From Podarcis melisellensis (Eukaryota), in NCBI GenBank assembly GCA_964234715.1, contig OZ174280.1: a stretch of DNA of 64,000 nucleotides. The stretch is one strand, 5' to 3'. Each line of letters opens with the position of its first letter. Within the stretch, counting starts at the first letter, position 1. Below the pieces are notes generated by a model. It was not told the origin of the DNA. It saw only the letters and a program-made list of their open reading frames with translations, and made no database searches. This document shows, piece after piece, positions 51,197 through 64,000 of the stretch. Made by a program: the position numbers and the translations under genes.

Positions 51197-52152
51197 GTGC
51201 AGGCCTGAGCACAGGTATATTTATGAGATGAAACATGGGAGGCATGTGATTTCAAACACAAAAGGAGTAAGAATGGGAAAAGTGACAGAATTTCTTCACT
51301 GATTTACCATATTCCTGTTATACAAAGTGGGGGATGTGCACCTCCACTACTTGCCCTCTCAGCATGCCTGTCCCATCTCCTCAGACATCACCAGACAACT
51401 TCTAAGTATGGTACATGAATCCAACCCTAAAGCACATGGGCCAAGATTGCAAGAGCAATATCCTAGAAAAAAATCTGAATTCAATGCATGATCCAAGTTA
51501 TGTAGTCAGTTCACGTTGAGCCACCATATAGGCAATCTGTGGCATAAGAGGCAGGATACACTCATATGCTTGATCCCCTTGACACACAGGGGAGTCATCT
51601 CAGTATACACCTCCTGATCTGGCACTTGAAGTGCTTCAAATTGCAAATATTATGTTCTCAATGAATCTATTATAATTGAATTATGCCCATTGCACAGTGC
51701 ATGCTTGGATGGGACAAGGCAATTTATCGTGTCTACTCAGAAGTAAGTACTACTGAATTGAATAAAGTAAAGGGGCACAGTGTGACTTCTAGAAAGAGCC
51801 AAAGTATTGTGTTAGTCAGTGCAGGAAATCATCATGAATAGGTAACCAGATAAGGAATATAAGGTGATTGGTATATAAACATGTTCATTTAAAAAGCCTC
51901 TAAGGTTTAGGAAACAGTAAAATATGAATACAATTACTAAGCAATCATACTTGAAAAGCACTACATACCATAATTAATTTGTCTGCATATAAATTCTAAC
52001 TAAGAGCTCCTCACTTGGGCAGAACTGTCACACAAGATACATTGAATGGATAATTCATTGAATGGACACAAGTAAACACCTGTATGATGAATAAGGTACT
52101 ACAGGTGCTACAGCCTGTGGCACTGTCTACCCCTTATGCACTGTGTTCTCAC

Positions 52153-52153
<1 letters not shown>

Positions 52154-52198
<45 letters not shown>

Positions 52199-52232
52199 TT
52201 ATTATTTATACCCCACCCATTTGGCTGGGTTT
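52154..52232 (-). mobile_element. L2 extreme 3' tail with (AAT)n microsatellite
   Basis: (aat)n ttattatttataccccacccatttggctggg, reverse complement of the 62.5-kb L2 end. Confidence 0.75.
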
Positions 52233-53459
52233 TTTGCTCCCCTTCTAAGGTATATATATTATCTTTTGGAAGGCTGCAATGTGATTGAGATTATAGACAA
52301 GAAACACATCGGAGTAATGAGCCAAAAGCCAAGCAGGTTTTGCATTATGCTATGCAAAAAGTCCCGTTCTAAAAAGCTGTAAACACTCCAATGTGGGTGG
52401 AGGAGAGAAGAGAGTTTCACAACAATTTAGCAACATTTGGAAGCACAAGGTGAAATACCACCCCCATTCCCTGCAAAGTGTGTTAATTAGCATTGCTGGG
52501 ATTTAAGCAACCAGTAAAGTGTGTAATAGCTTAGCCAAGACATTTACAGCCTCTGCCTCCAAGGTATATGAATGTTGTAAGTTTTGGAGCTATGTTGGCT
52601 CAGAAATATCTCCCATCTATCACAAATTGGAAAATGAAATGCTTTATTAAAATGCATTCAAGTTTAGAAAAAAGCACAAAAGGGATCAAGGTGTTAAACT
52701 TGTTAAAAGGTTAAATTTGTGTAACTGTTTAGGTACAAAATAAGGCTATGTGAATGAAAGGGAGGGCAGTCATATATACCATAGAATGGCAGCCCCATCA
52801 TTTGATATCTGGAAGCTATTCACAGGTTTTAACCTCAGTAACATTAACTTACATGTAACTTGGTTAACCCCCAAATAGTAAAAAAATAGCTGTCTTGAAT
52901 TTACCATTTCAAATGTCACTTTATGACTTGAGAAGATTATTAAAACAAGAGTTCCAATGAGAATGGCCACCAATTTATGTGGAGACCTTTCAAGTAGGGA
53001 AAGGAAGCCAAGTACCAAAGGACTGCTATGCCTATCAAGAGCAAGCACTATTGGCTTTAATTTGTGGTGAACTACCTTGTATCTCCTGCAAAGTTAAAGA
53101 GTATGTGAACAAAAGTGACTAAAGCAGGCTTCTTGCCTTGCCCAATACTTAGGCCAGCCAATGTACTTATTGGCATAGTAGACACAATATTATCTGACCA
53201 ACAACAGCCTGACTGGGTTAGCCAATCTCTGAGACTGCATCATATCCACATCTCCCCCAACTATGGCTGGAAACAGCTGAGAAGTATGCCAATAGCCCAA
53301 TCAGATGGGATCACATGAAGCAAGTGCAATGTGTGCCACCTCCCCACTAGCCAGCTGACAAGCACTCTGACTGTAATCTTGCAACCCCGTTCACATGTTT
53401 CCAGGCCTAGTTTTGCATGTCAGGACAACAAACCTGCTGACAACAACCAGCAATCTCAC

Positions 53460-53562
53460 CTGTTACTGTGCTTAGATTTCTCTCGATCTTTGTCTTTGTC
53501 CTTCTTGTGCTCTTTGTGTCTGTGTTCCCGGTCTTTGTGTTTATCTTTATGTTTGTGAGAAT
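53460..53562 (-). CDS. TOP1: DNA topoisomerase I, exon 3 (human numbering); first coding exon in window
   Basis: ctttcag|ATTCTCAC...AACAG|gtgag; 103 nt; (D)SHKHKDKHKDREHRHKEHKKDKDKDREKSKHSN(S), TOP1 N-terminal region. Confidence 0.95.
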
Positions 53563-54123
53563 CTGAAAGCAAGAGAACAGAGAAACGAATTAGGAAATCG
53601 CTGAGAAGCTATGACAATTTCTAGTAAGCAGCTTTGTATTGGCTGCCACAAATATGCAACCTAAACATCCCAGTAGCAGTGATGTACATCACTTCACTAT
53701 ATGTATGAAACTGGCATCAGGCAAACCCATGTGCATCCTCTACTGCAGGGGTCCTCAACTTTTGGGGGGGCAATGGGCCTTGGCAAGTGCCAAGAGAAGG
53801 GTTTTTTAAATAGTTTTTAATGCTGTAACCTGCCCTGGGACTTTTTGATGAAGGGCAGGAAATGAAATAAACAAATAGTCTGAGGACCTCACCCTACATG
53901 ACTGTTTCTCTCTGCTTCTCTCTGAAAATAAGCCCAAATCTATTGTTATTATGTTCCCTGACATTTTACAGACGGGCACCTCTCCTCTCCTGGGAGAGAC
54001 AAGTTAGTATTTCTGGTGCATGGAAAGTGACAAAAAAGTACAAGGGAAAAAGGTTTAAATGAAGTGTGCAGGTTCATCCATGTACCAACCTGTGGAAAAA
54101 ACTAGCAAAGGATCAACACAGTA

Positions 54124-54310
54124 CAGTGGACTCTCAGGTTGCAAAAGTGATCCGTGCGGGAGGCACGTTCGCAACCCGCAGTGTTCACAACCCGCAGCGC
54201 CGCATCTGCGCCAAAACCCAGAAGTAACCTGTTCCGGTACTTCCAGCTTCGGCACGGTGCACAACCCAAAAACACGCAACCTGAAGTGTCTGTAACCCGA
54301 GGTATGACTG
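54124..54310 (-). mobile_element. Tc1/mariner MITE (TOP1 intron 2), related to and inverted relative to 45106-45345
   Basis: TA|cagtggactctcaggttg...aacccgaggtatgactg|TA. Confidence 0.85.
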
Positions 54311-57300
54311 TACTCAGGACTTCCCTACTCAAGTAGATAAACCATATTGCCCCCAAGCGTAAAACCTTGCAAATATTAAAGGTGTTTTGGTGTCCTGTTC
54401 TCTTCCACATGACATTTAAAATAATTGGTGCTCCCTCCCTCCGCTACATACAAACACGAACACACAGCACCGCACAACAGATTATGTATTTTCTGCTTAC
54501 TGCACAAGAAAAGTATTGTCTTTTCCTAGCCCACACAGATATACATGCAGCTAAAACAATTTTTAATTTGGGGGAATGACGAAACTTAGACGGGTCTTTG
54601 GGCTGCAAAAATAAAATAAAATAAAATAAAATTCTTGGGTGTTCATATGTAACCTATGTGCTACAGGTTACCATCTTCTTATAGAAAAAGCAGAAAGGGC
54701 CACTAGTAAAACTGGCACAGAAGGAAAAATGTCTAGACTGGAAGCACTCCTAACTGGAGGTTAGCCCCTGAATCTAACCAATTATTTGATCAACTGCCTT
54801 TTACACATTGGATACTCAATATCAAGTTAACAAACAGTTCAATGGAGATTTTGATTGGAACATTTGATTCAAATTACCTAGAAATTCTACTTATTAAGCA
54901 ACTTTCTAAATGCAAGCAGTTTTATTTCTCCTAATACATGTTTCCTCCATAGCTGTTTGGAAAGCATCTCAATTTACTGGATCAACAAGTGATGCAGTGA
55001 CTATTTCCTAATGCCACTGAGGACCCGGCTAAAGGGAAGGTCCTCAAAATATTCCCAGCTAGACTTGGTTCAACGTTATAGGCAAGCCAAGTTCACCTAT
55101 GGTCTGTTTGCTTACAAGGTATGCCCAGATAAGTATCCTTAACAATTTGGTTGGTAATTCCACCCTAAATGTCATAGTTATAATGTACAAGCAGTAGGAA
55201 AACAAAACAAATTTTGGGGAAACAAGCCATGGTTTGATGGACTGTGGGGAAACCTGTACTTAACTTGTGGTTTAACAAACCATGGCTGAGCATTATGTGC
55301 ATACAGGGTTTTTCTTAAAACCAGCAGCCATGATATTCAGTGGTGAAGTATGGGAATAGAGGACTTTGCATATTGTGCAGTTGTCCCTTCTGTTTTTCTA
55401 GTGTTGTTCTTTTCAGCTTCACCCTACTTTGTCCCAGTTCTAATCTCACAACAAAAAGCAGTAAACAAAAATGAAATATTTGTGACATTTGACTAGGCTT
55501 AAGCTAAAGTCTGACAGTTACTGGACAGACTAAAATTGTTAATTTTGCATCAAGAGAAGACTAAATGCTTTATTCACAGATGGAATATAACACAAAGTAG
55601 ATAACCTTTCTTGGCCTTAGGGCCACATTTAATTTTGGCTAACACATCAAGTGCTACATACCAGAGGCGGGGGAAAGTGGGTTTGGCCACTGTGAGAGCC
55701 TTGTGACTATGCATGATTTCAAAGCTGCAATTGTAATAGAGTAGCCTTTCAAACCACCATAATTCTACAGGCAAAAACAGACAAACTACTTTGGCTTAAC
55801 AGACATCAGATTATCTTGGTTCACCGTAGCACAAAGTTATACAAACAGGTTCCATCAGGAAGGAAAACTAGATTATAACAGTTACTAAAGATCTTTAAAG
55901 CAACTTGCTTCAGTGAAAGCGATCATCTGGGAGCCTAACTGTAGAGCCAGCAATAAACTGTGTTTAATGGAAGTCTTGTAAACAAATTATTAGAGGAATC
56001 TCTTTAGACAGTTGTCTACATAAGCATAATGGTAAGCACAAGACCAATAAACAGCAAGGAGGAAGCGAATAGGAAAAGAATGTGAAAAAGAGAAAGGCTT
56101 GTGAAAATCTGAGATGTTTGGATTACAACTTGATGTGAAATACTTAACAGGAAATATAGTATATAAAGTAAAGTTTACAACCAACTTTTTGTATTATGGG
56201 GTCAGTAGGCGCACACTCTTTATCCACATCATACATAGAGCTGAAAGTGTATTCTGCCATTCAAACCGAGGCCCTCACAACTGATCAGACTCCATAATAG
56301 AGTGTTGACATCATCTAGTAGTAATTTTGAGTTGGGCTAGACTGCTTGTACTACACTGCATACAAATATGTACATTTACATGTTATATACACACAGAGGG
56401 GAATCACTCACTTAAAAGTGGAATGACTCACTTTGAATTCAATTTCTGCCCTTCATTTATTGTAGAAATCATTGCCATTTTTACCATACCTAGATTAAAT
56501 TTGACACAACCACTTGAAGCAATAAGAGTACAGGTGGGGGTTAAATTCTGCTCCCTTTTATAATATCAAATACAATGTAAAATGTGGAGAAAATGACCAC
56601 CACCCCTCACAGGTCTCAGTGAATCCTGTTTCCCTGAACAAAAAGTAAAACGTGTCCTTCTCTTGACCTATATTCCAAAGTGCAATAGAAACAGGTAAGA
56701 CACCCTGGAAACCTTTATTTTAACATTTTAAAATAAATAAAAATGAAGCACATAGAGATGCACAAATATGCAATTTATGCATTCTGTACAGACAGCACAA
56801 TCAAATGATTGTATAATAAATGGGGAAATGGAAAGTAAAAGAAAGTTAAGCAAGCTGAAAATTATTGTAAAGACTCGGGTGGGCGGGGGGGGGGCATATG
56901 AAGAAAATGCTACCAGTGAACACTTTTCAGAAAACCTTTTTGCAATTCCAAGCAAAGACCCCAAGCACTTCCTTCTTCCAGCTCTTCTTATAATTGTTTT
57001 ACTGGCTCAGTGCCCTATTAGGTATTAGAAACACTCACAGAATATTTTGAGAGTATTCTGGCACCTGTCATTAGAAAGTCTACAAAGGGAAACCATTTAT
57101 GCTTATTTACAAAGATAAAAATCATTCTTGAAATCTAGAGACTTTGAACTCAGATTGGATTCCAAAGTATTTTGTAAAATGGGGAGAGGGATTCATGGAA
57201 TTATCTGAACAAAGTTGGACTGAAGCTATGAGTTTGTAGGCAGTAGCATTGCCCTCAAAGAGTTTATTTCATTTTATTGTCGTTTAGTGTAGAAAATAAG

Positions 57301-58018
57301 CTGAGCACCTATTCCCACAGAATTACACACTACACTGTACTTCACCACCTTGTAATTTCATAATTATCTCTCCAGAACAAAGAGCCAATTTTGCTAGTGT
57401 ATTCTGGAAGCAATTGACCTTATGTAATTTCACTTCATTGTTTCAAGGTTCCAAACTCCTGGCCGCCAGCACTATCTGTTTTAATCTGAAATATAAAGGC
57501 AGGAATTGCTGCTATTATGGTAGTTGTCATATGCATGATCTCCATGTTAAAACTACTGAAGCACCTCTCAAGGCAATCTGTAATACAACTGTTCTTTTAG
57601 TAATCTTTGACACCCCTCCCCAGACAGAAACTAGTGGCTTGGGAATCCCATCAATGGAATATCCAAGGGCTGCAGTATCCAAAGCCACATAAGTGCCATT
57701 TCCTAATCCTTGTAAGCATTCAAATGTTAATAATTGTAATAAGTGTGAAGATTTTTTCACACAGGCACAGTTCAGATGCCAACAGGCCTGGTGCCTGAAC
57801 TCCAACAGATTGACCTCACCCCCAAAGGTGCACTCCTCCATTGTCTCCCAAGACAGATGGATGGCAACAATGAAGTTTAGATGCCACACTGGTTGCAAAA
57901 CCATAGCTGAATGATCACTAGTGGATCAAAGGCTCGCACACTTACCCCCTCCCTTGAAGCTCTGCCCATGCAAAGTTCATCATCCTTTCTTGTATTAATT
58001 ATGCTTTAGAGCTACACT

Positions 58019-58130
58019 TGAACTGGCATAAATATAAGTTACCATAGCCTTTAAACCAGAGACTGAAAGCACTCTTGGAAACTTTAAACAAATCTCTGGT
58101 TTAAAGGATAACTATGGTTACACCAGTTCA
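58019..58130. repeat. imperfect long inverted repeat (probable MITE remnant)
   Basis: Perfect 15-bp cctttaaaccagaga/tctctggtttaaagg, plus accatag/ctatggt and tgaactgg/ccagttca. Confidence 0.8.
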
Positions 58131-60608
58131 GAAATAACTCTGAACACAAGGGAGAGGACTAAGGAATTAATACGGGGAGAATTAGGGAAGGAGTGAAGAG
58201 CATGGGACTGTTCTTATTAGTTCTGCCTTTACTACTGAATAGTTCCTTGATCCCACAGCCACCACTGTCAGTACTCTGCCATATTAGTGACTCAGAGGAG
58301 GTCATTCACTCCAAGGAATACTGGTTATGGGAGCAGTCAAAAGGAACGGGCAAAAGTAAAAGTATATTACTTTCCCCAATTATCATCTGCATGTTCTCAT
58401 GCATAACATGACAAAGGACAACAATGGTAGTGCTGAACAATTTAAAACAGACAAGGATGGCTTTGGGAATGTGTCAAATTGTATTAACAACCTGCATGCT
58501 CCCATGATCTGTCACCCCCCACTCCGCAAAAAAATCCATACACCCAGAAACATGCAATCAGAAAATTCAGGGAAGAAGATATATGCTAAATATGTTCCAT
58601 CAAGCCCTTCATATGAAGATCAATGATTTTATCAAAGCATTTTTAAAACAATAATAATAGAGGGCTTAGATAGGAATTCTGAATTAAAATCTGCTGTAGA
58701 CTAAATTACTCAGTTCAGATGATCTTTCTAAACAATTGAGAATGTGCCAGAGACTCATTTATTCCCTCTTCTATTCTTACACCTTTAGTTTCTGTTCAGT
58801 GTTCAGAATAGTTTGCTGCAACAACTTGGGAACCCTAATCACTTTCTTAAACAGAATCAGGAAAAAAAACTACGGTAATTATAATTAATGTTTGTTTGGT
58901 TTTTTTGCAGGGGATGGGGAGAAGTACTAATCATAGTTTGCTAATTTGGACACCATGACAAACCAGAAGTAGTGTGAGACTAACCTTATAAGTCTATAAA
59001 AGCAACTAGCCTAAGAGGCTTGTAGCAGGTGTTTCCATGATAGATTCCCCTCCTCCACAGTCAGGATGGGAAACAGGCTACAAGCTAAGCATTTGGTTTT
59101 TTACTCACCTACCATGCTCCTAATTTATTCTCTCTCAAACTTGCCTGCCTATAAAGTGCAAATAACAGCAACTAGCTCAAGATGAGGCACTGCAATTAAT
59201 TTGAAATCACCACATCAATGTTCTCTTTAGAAAGTATTCAAAGTGCAATTTGAACGTAAAATAAAAGCAAATTCCCAGAGGTATTGTGGCTTAGGAAATG
59301 TAAGATTGCAGTGACGTTTGTAAACCCAACTGGGATAAGACTGTAACGTAGAAAAATGGGAAGAGCTATCAATGATGACACTGAAGAAGTCTTGACCTTT
59401 GTTGAAAGACTTGTACAGAGAGAACAGTAGCCAAACCCAATTGGATGTATTTTTAAACAAATTTTGTTGGAAACTGCATGGAAATCAGTGGGATTGCCCT
59501 CATTTACTTGTGAGGCTAAGGAAGGCACATATGGGTTTGCCAGCCTCCTTCCCTCGTGCCTTAAGAGGATGTGGTGGAAGAGGTCAGCTCTATATTGATT
59601 TTTCCCATTATTTTGTAGCACTGCCATGGATTTCTCATAATGTAGAAAAGACAACCCTTTGACAGAGGAGCACTAAAACATACAGCAAGAGATGTTCTGC
59701 ACCCAGCTTATTATGCTAATATAGATGTACTTCTCATATAATACCAAAGTTCTATTCTATAGGCTAGAAATACTTTTAAGCTTGTTCCTGCAACCTGCCA
59801 CTACAATACTATACAAAAGCTCTGTAATCTATCCTCCAAGTTCTCATAGCTTACATAAACTACAACTGTGTAATGCAAATATTCACAAAAGTTTTATGTT
59901 TGAATTGCAAGACTTTCTACATGGCTCTTTTATTTTAAAAAATCCAATAATTTCACTGATAAAAGTAGGCAAGATAAAAGTAGGCAAGTGATATTACAAC
60001 CATCACTGAATGGTAGAAGAGTCCCTGGAGCAAGCCTTCACATATTTCACATATTTTTCCCCTGCCTTGAGTCCTGTCAGGAGAAAATATGGGGTATAAA
60101 TAAATAAAATAATAATTATACTTCAGCCAAATGGAGGTATTTGACAACTGTCATACAAAACAGTGGTGCCAGTACTGAACTTGGCAAATGCTTTCATTCC
60201 CTGGTAGTGCAGCACAAATTGCTTTGTGAGGCACTGCTACTGCTGCAGATTACTGGCAAGCATCTTCTTAATGTACTCAGGAGCTGCCTGGCAACTTGTG
60301 TTTATCTACAGAGGCCTTGTTGTGGGTTTCTTCTCCCCAATCAGGAATTCCAGTGAGACCAATATGATATTGCAAAACCTACTGAATACAGAGCAACAGC
60401 CAATTTTAATGGGACACAACGCTCAGGTGTCATTAATACTTGCTAATAATTCTCCCGGAGAGGACTGTATGTTGGAACTGGCTTTATTTAACAACACAGA
60501 TTTAAGAGTGCTTTGAGCACTTAGAAAGAGTGCTATATAAATACTATATACTTATTGTTTATAATCACCCTTCAACCTTCTATTCTTGAAGGCCTCAGCA
60601 GATAAGTA

Positions 60609-60654
<46 letters not shown>

Positions 60655-60680
60655 TATTTATACTCCACCCATATATCTGG
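60609..60680 (-). repeat. (AAT)n microsatellite with L2 tail remnant
   Basis: (aat)n aaattatttatactccaccc. Confidence 0.8.
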
Positions 60681-60795
60681 ATGTTAAGGAGGAGAAAGTG
60701 CCACAGTCCTTTCCCCTGAAGAAAGACGTTTGTAGGCTGGAAGTCCACTTGGAGTCCAACTTATCACTGGCGTCTTAAGTGGCTTCTGTAGCTAA

Positions 60796-60930
60796 GAGTG
60801 TTTATGCCCAGCTCAAGCTGTCACCAACTGTAATTGTTTCTAGATTGGGATAGCCTTACCTGAGTTGTCCATGCTCCTGTGTAGACTAATGTAAAACACT
60901 ATTATGTGAGGCTGCCCTTGAAGACAGTAC
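60796..60930 (+). mobile_element. old L2 ORF2 fragment
   Basis: gcccagctcaagctg...gtccatgc...tagact...tatgtgaggctgcccttgaagac resembles the L2 'HALV-SRLDYCN-LY-GLPLK' region. Confidence 0.5.
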
Positions 60931-61009
60931 CAAGTACTGAAGAGAACAACTCCCCCAATAGCAACCATCTCTGATCTTATAATGGGCAAGTGAGGCCCTG
61001 TTGGTGCCA

Positions 61010-61170
61010 CCATCACTGGATCAGAAGCCCATCTAGTTCAACAACCTGTTCTCACACTGGCCAACCAGATGCTTTTAAGAAGCCGACAAGCAGGACGAAG
61101 TGCAACAACCCTCCTCCTGCTTATGATTCCAAACAACTGTATGCAGAGGCTTACTGTCTCTTATAGGGAA
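61010..61170 (-). mobile_element. CR1 3' fragment
   Basis: ctggatcag..gcccatctagt....acctgttctcacactggccaaccagatgc. Confidence 0.65.
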
Positions 61171-62188
61171 AGTAGCCATTTAAGAAAGAATCATTAAAGA
61201 CCAGCTACAATTGAATTATTTTTAATATGCACTGCTGCACCCTAGTGGAGCAGTTGGTTATCATCAACAGAGATTTATGCGTGGGGAGGGGACGGACGGA
61301 CTCTACACTAGTGAATGTATGAAGCCTGCCCCATTTAATTTTAGTGAAAGCAACAGCCCTATTTTCTGGCTTTACAGAAAGGGAGGAGGTAAATATTCTG
61401 AGGTCTAGAATACTTTTTGATTAGAAAACAGGAACCCAGATAACTTGGAGAAATAGATTCAATTTCCGAGGCTACTAACACCTTAAGCAAGTGCTGCCCA
61501 GCATTACAGTGCAATTATTTAGCAATCTAAGAAAAGCAATTTAATCATGTCAGTTGCATCACTGCCTGAATCAGCTATACCCTGGGAAGAAAGAGGCAGA
61601 GGAAGTAAAATACTGATTTTCACTAAAGTAGACCTCACTTCACACTAGAATCTATCTTGCATCTTAAGTGTAAATAAAGGGCAAGCAGATGTTCAAACAT
61701 CAAACAGAAATTTACGTCAGAAAGGATCATTCCAATATCACAAATCTCAAGGAAGATATTGCATTACAGTTATGGTTTATACTTTTTAACCCTCAGAAAA
61801 CCTGAGGGAGTTCAAGCTTGAAACTCCAAATAGAGTTCAAAACATGCACACCAGCTTTCATCCAGATAACTGTCCTCAAGACAGACTGAAAACAGGTGTA
61901 GAGACCAAGGTGTATCCAAACTTCAAATGCAGAAACAAACTAGAATACTTCTGTTATGGGGCAGCTATATAAATTAAGTAGGTAGCTAAATATGGTGAAA
62001 GCAAAATGTCACTTTAGAGAAGAATCTAAATATTACCCTTGAAGCTTAAATTTGTTTTACTCTGAATTGTTTTATTTGATGTTTTAATGTGTTGTAAATC
62101 GCTTTGTTTTTCTTTAACATATAAAGCGGTACAGCAATGAAATTAATAACAATAACATTTAGATTTCCAGGCCAAATGGACTGTCGAG

Positions 62189-62541
62189 CAATTAAAGCCC
62201 TAAATGGCCTCGGTCCTGTATACCTGAAGGAGCATCTCCACCCCCATTGTTCAGCCACTGAGGTCCAGCGCCGAGGGCCTTCTGGCGGTTCCCTCATTGT
62301 GAGAAGTGAGGTTACAGGGAACCAGACAGGGAACCAGACAGAGGGGCTTCTCGGTAGTGGCGCCCGCCCTGTGGAACGCCCTCCCATCAGATGTCAAGGA
62401 AATAAGCAGCTATCCTATTTTTAAAAGACATCCGAAGGCAGCCCTGTTTAGGGAAGTTTTTGATATTTAATGCTGTATTGTTTTTAACACTTAATTGGGA
62501 GCCGCCCTGAGTGGCTGGGGAAACTCAGCCAGATGGGCGGG

Positions 62542-62586
<45 letters not shown>
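62189..62586 (+). mobile_element. L2-clade LINE 3' end with (TAT)n tail
   Basis: Encodes KALNGLGPVYLKEHL (L2 ORF2 C-terminal motif); 3' UTR ends ccagatgggcggggtat(tat)n. Confidence 0.88.
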
Positions 62587-62588
<2 letters not shown>

Positions 62589-63611
62589 AGTGACTGGTGC
62601 TCATTTCAAATAATGGCTTGTGCTGGACCAATTCTCTACTCACCTGTGACGCTGAAGAGAATAACCACAGGACCACAGAGGCTGTGTAAAATGTGGTGGT
62701 GTATGTATACACATGCCTAGGCTTCTTCCACAAATAGTTCCTGCATTTGCAGTTGCACACTTAAGAGTACCAAACATGCCTCTCATTTGTTGCCAATAGG
62801 ACTCTGAGTCAAACTAACACAAAACAAATTACAATGTATCTGCTTATTACCAAAACCTCAATATGTATGCCTTTTTATTATTGAAGAAAGTTTAGTAACA
62901 AAAGGGAATGTCAATGTTTTATTTCATTATTATTTCTATTACAGGGCTACATCAGGACCAAATTAGATTTTTTAAAGTGCACTGATAAAAATAATCCAAT
63001 GTCAGTTAATCAACTAAGACTGTTACTTTATTCATTTTTGCCTGGAATAAAGCCCCATTCCAAGTAAACATACAGAGGATTGGGCTGTGAATCCCACTCA
63101 GATATAAGAATAGCAAAGTCACTGTCAGAAAAGGCTATCTAAAATGAATATATATTCATTTTCATAACTCACTTGTCTCTGTCTCAGTTTCTCTCTCTCT
63201 TGAAACCTCATAACTTGATGACTCTCAGTCAAACAAGTGAACTCCTTTGATTACAGGTGTTAGCAGGTGACATGCAAATACTATATGTAGAATTTGATGC
63301 AAGATAGGCAGTCTGCACAGGTTGAGCTGTTACTTTAACTGCAGCCATCAAACAATGAATTTTCATCTGTGAATTGAACTCGTCTCTGAGACGACTGAAC
63401 AGGACAAGTTCACAAATCTGTGCAGGTAACTTGCAACTTACACACATTTAACTTGTACACATTCAGGTTTACACATTTGACAAAAAATGTTTAAAAAATT
63501 AAAATGGAAGCAGAAAGGGGGGCACCCAGGGGGAAAACTTAGGCAATCTCACCCACCAATGAATCAACTGTGTTTTGACTATACATGATTTTGGCTTTAG
63601 CACTATCCATG

Positions 63612-63761
63612 GAAACATCAGGCAGAACTTTCTGACAGTAAGAGCTGTTCAACAGAGGAACAGACTCCCATGTGTATCTAGTTGATATTCCTGCATTGCA
63701 GGCGGTTTGACAAGATGACTCTCAGTGTCCCTTCCAACTCTGCAATTCTTTGATTCTATGA
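63612..63761 (+). mobile_element. CR1 LINE 3' end
   Basis: aactttctgacagtaagagctgttcaacag...ttcctgcattgca...cccttccaactct..attctttgattctatga. Confidence 0.8.
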
Positions 63762-63950
63762 AACATAAATCCAGAGCCATAAGCACCTGGTAAAAGCAAT
63801 ATTAGCAGCCAGTGGACCATCTGCATTTTTCCAACAAGCACAAGCTATTGCTTTTCCCCTTGTGCAGATTCCAATCTTCATCCTTCACAGTCAAATTCTG
63901 CTCAAGTGCTAACTCCTGTGTCAGATGCACTTGGACTTTGATTCAGGTTC

Positions 63951-63951
<1 letters not shown>

Positions 63952-63997
<46 letters not shown>
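63952..63997. repeat. (CA)n microsatellite
   Basis: acacac... Confidence 0.97.
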
Positions 63998-63998
<1 letters not shown>

Positions 63999-64000
63999 AG

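Noticed and set aside
53563-64000. TOP1 exons 1-2 and promoter
   Set aside because: No CpG island or recognisable exon 1/2 coding sequence; intron 2 continues past the window edge.

Overview
Eukaryotic (vertebrate) genomic DNA. The repeat content (Sauria/Squam1, Squam2 and Squam3-type SINEs, L2, CR1, Penelope-like element) points to a squamate, most likely a lacertid lizard. The main feature is the nuclear DNA topoisomerase I gene TOP1 on the minus strand. Nineteen coding exons (human-equivalent exons 3-21, 2243 nt including the stop) lie between 53562 and 16900. All introns are GT-AG, the phases are consistent, and the catalytic residues are intact. Exons 1-2 and the promoter lie beyond the right edge. 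The 3' UTR runs to about 15550, with tandem AATAAA signals and a possible more distal site at about 14485. Positions 1-14400 are repeat-rich intergenic DNA with a 151-N assembly gap and no recognisable protein gene. No new multi-gene system was found. The most notable details are: (1) a Penelope-derived minimal hammerhead ribozyme lying sense to TOP1 in intron 9 with a core G8->A substitution; (2) a hairpin plus a 30-bp exact copy of intron-10 sequence inside intron 12, resembling a templated-insertion repair scar; (3) two pairs of inverted Tc1/mariner-type MITEs, one of which brackets exon 3. Family names come from recognition of consensus sequences, not from a database search.
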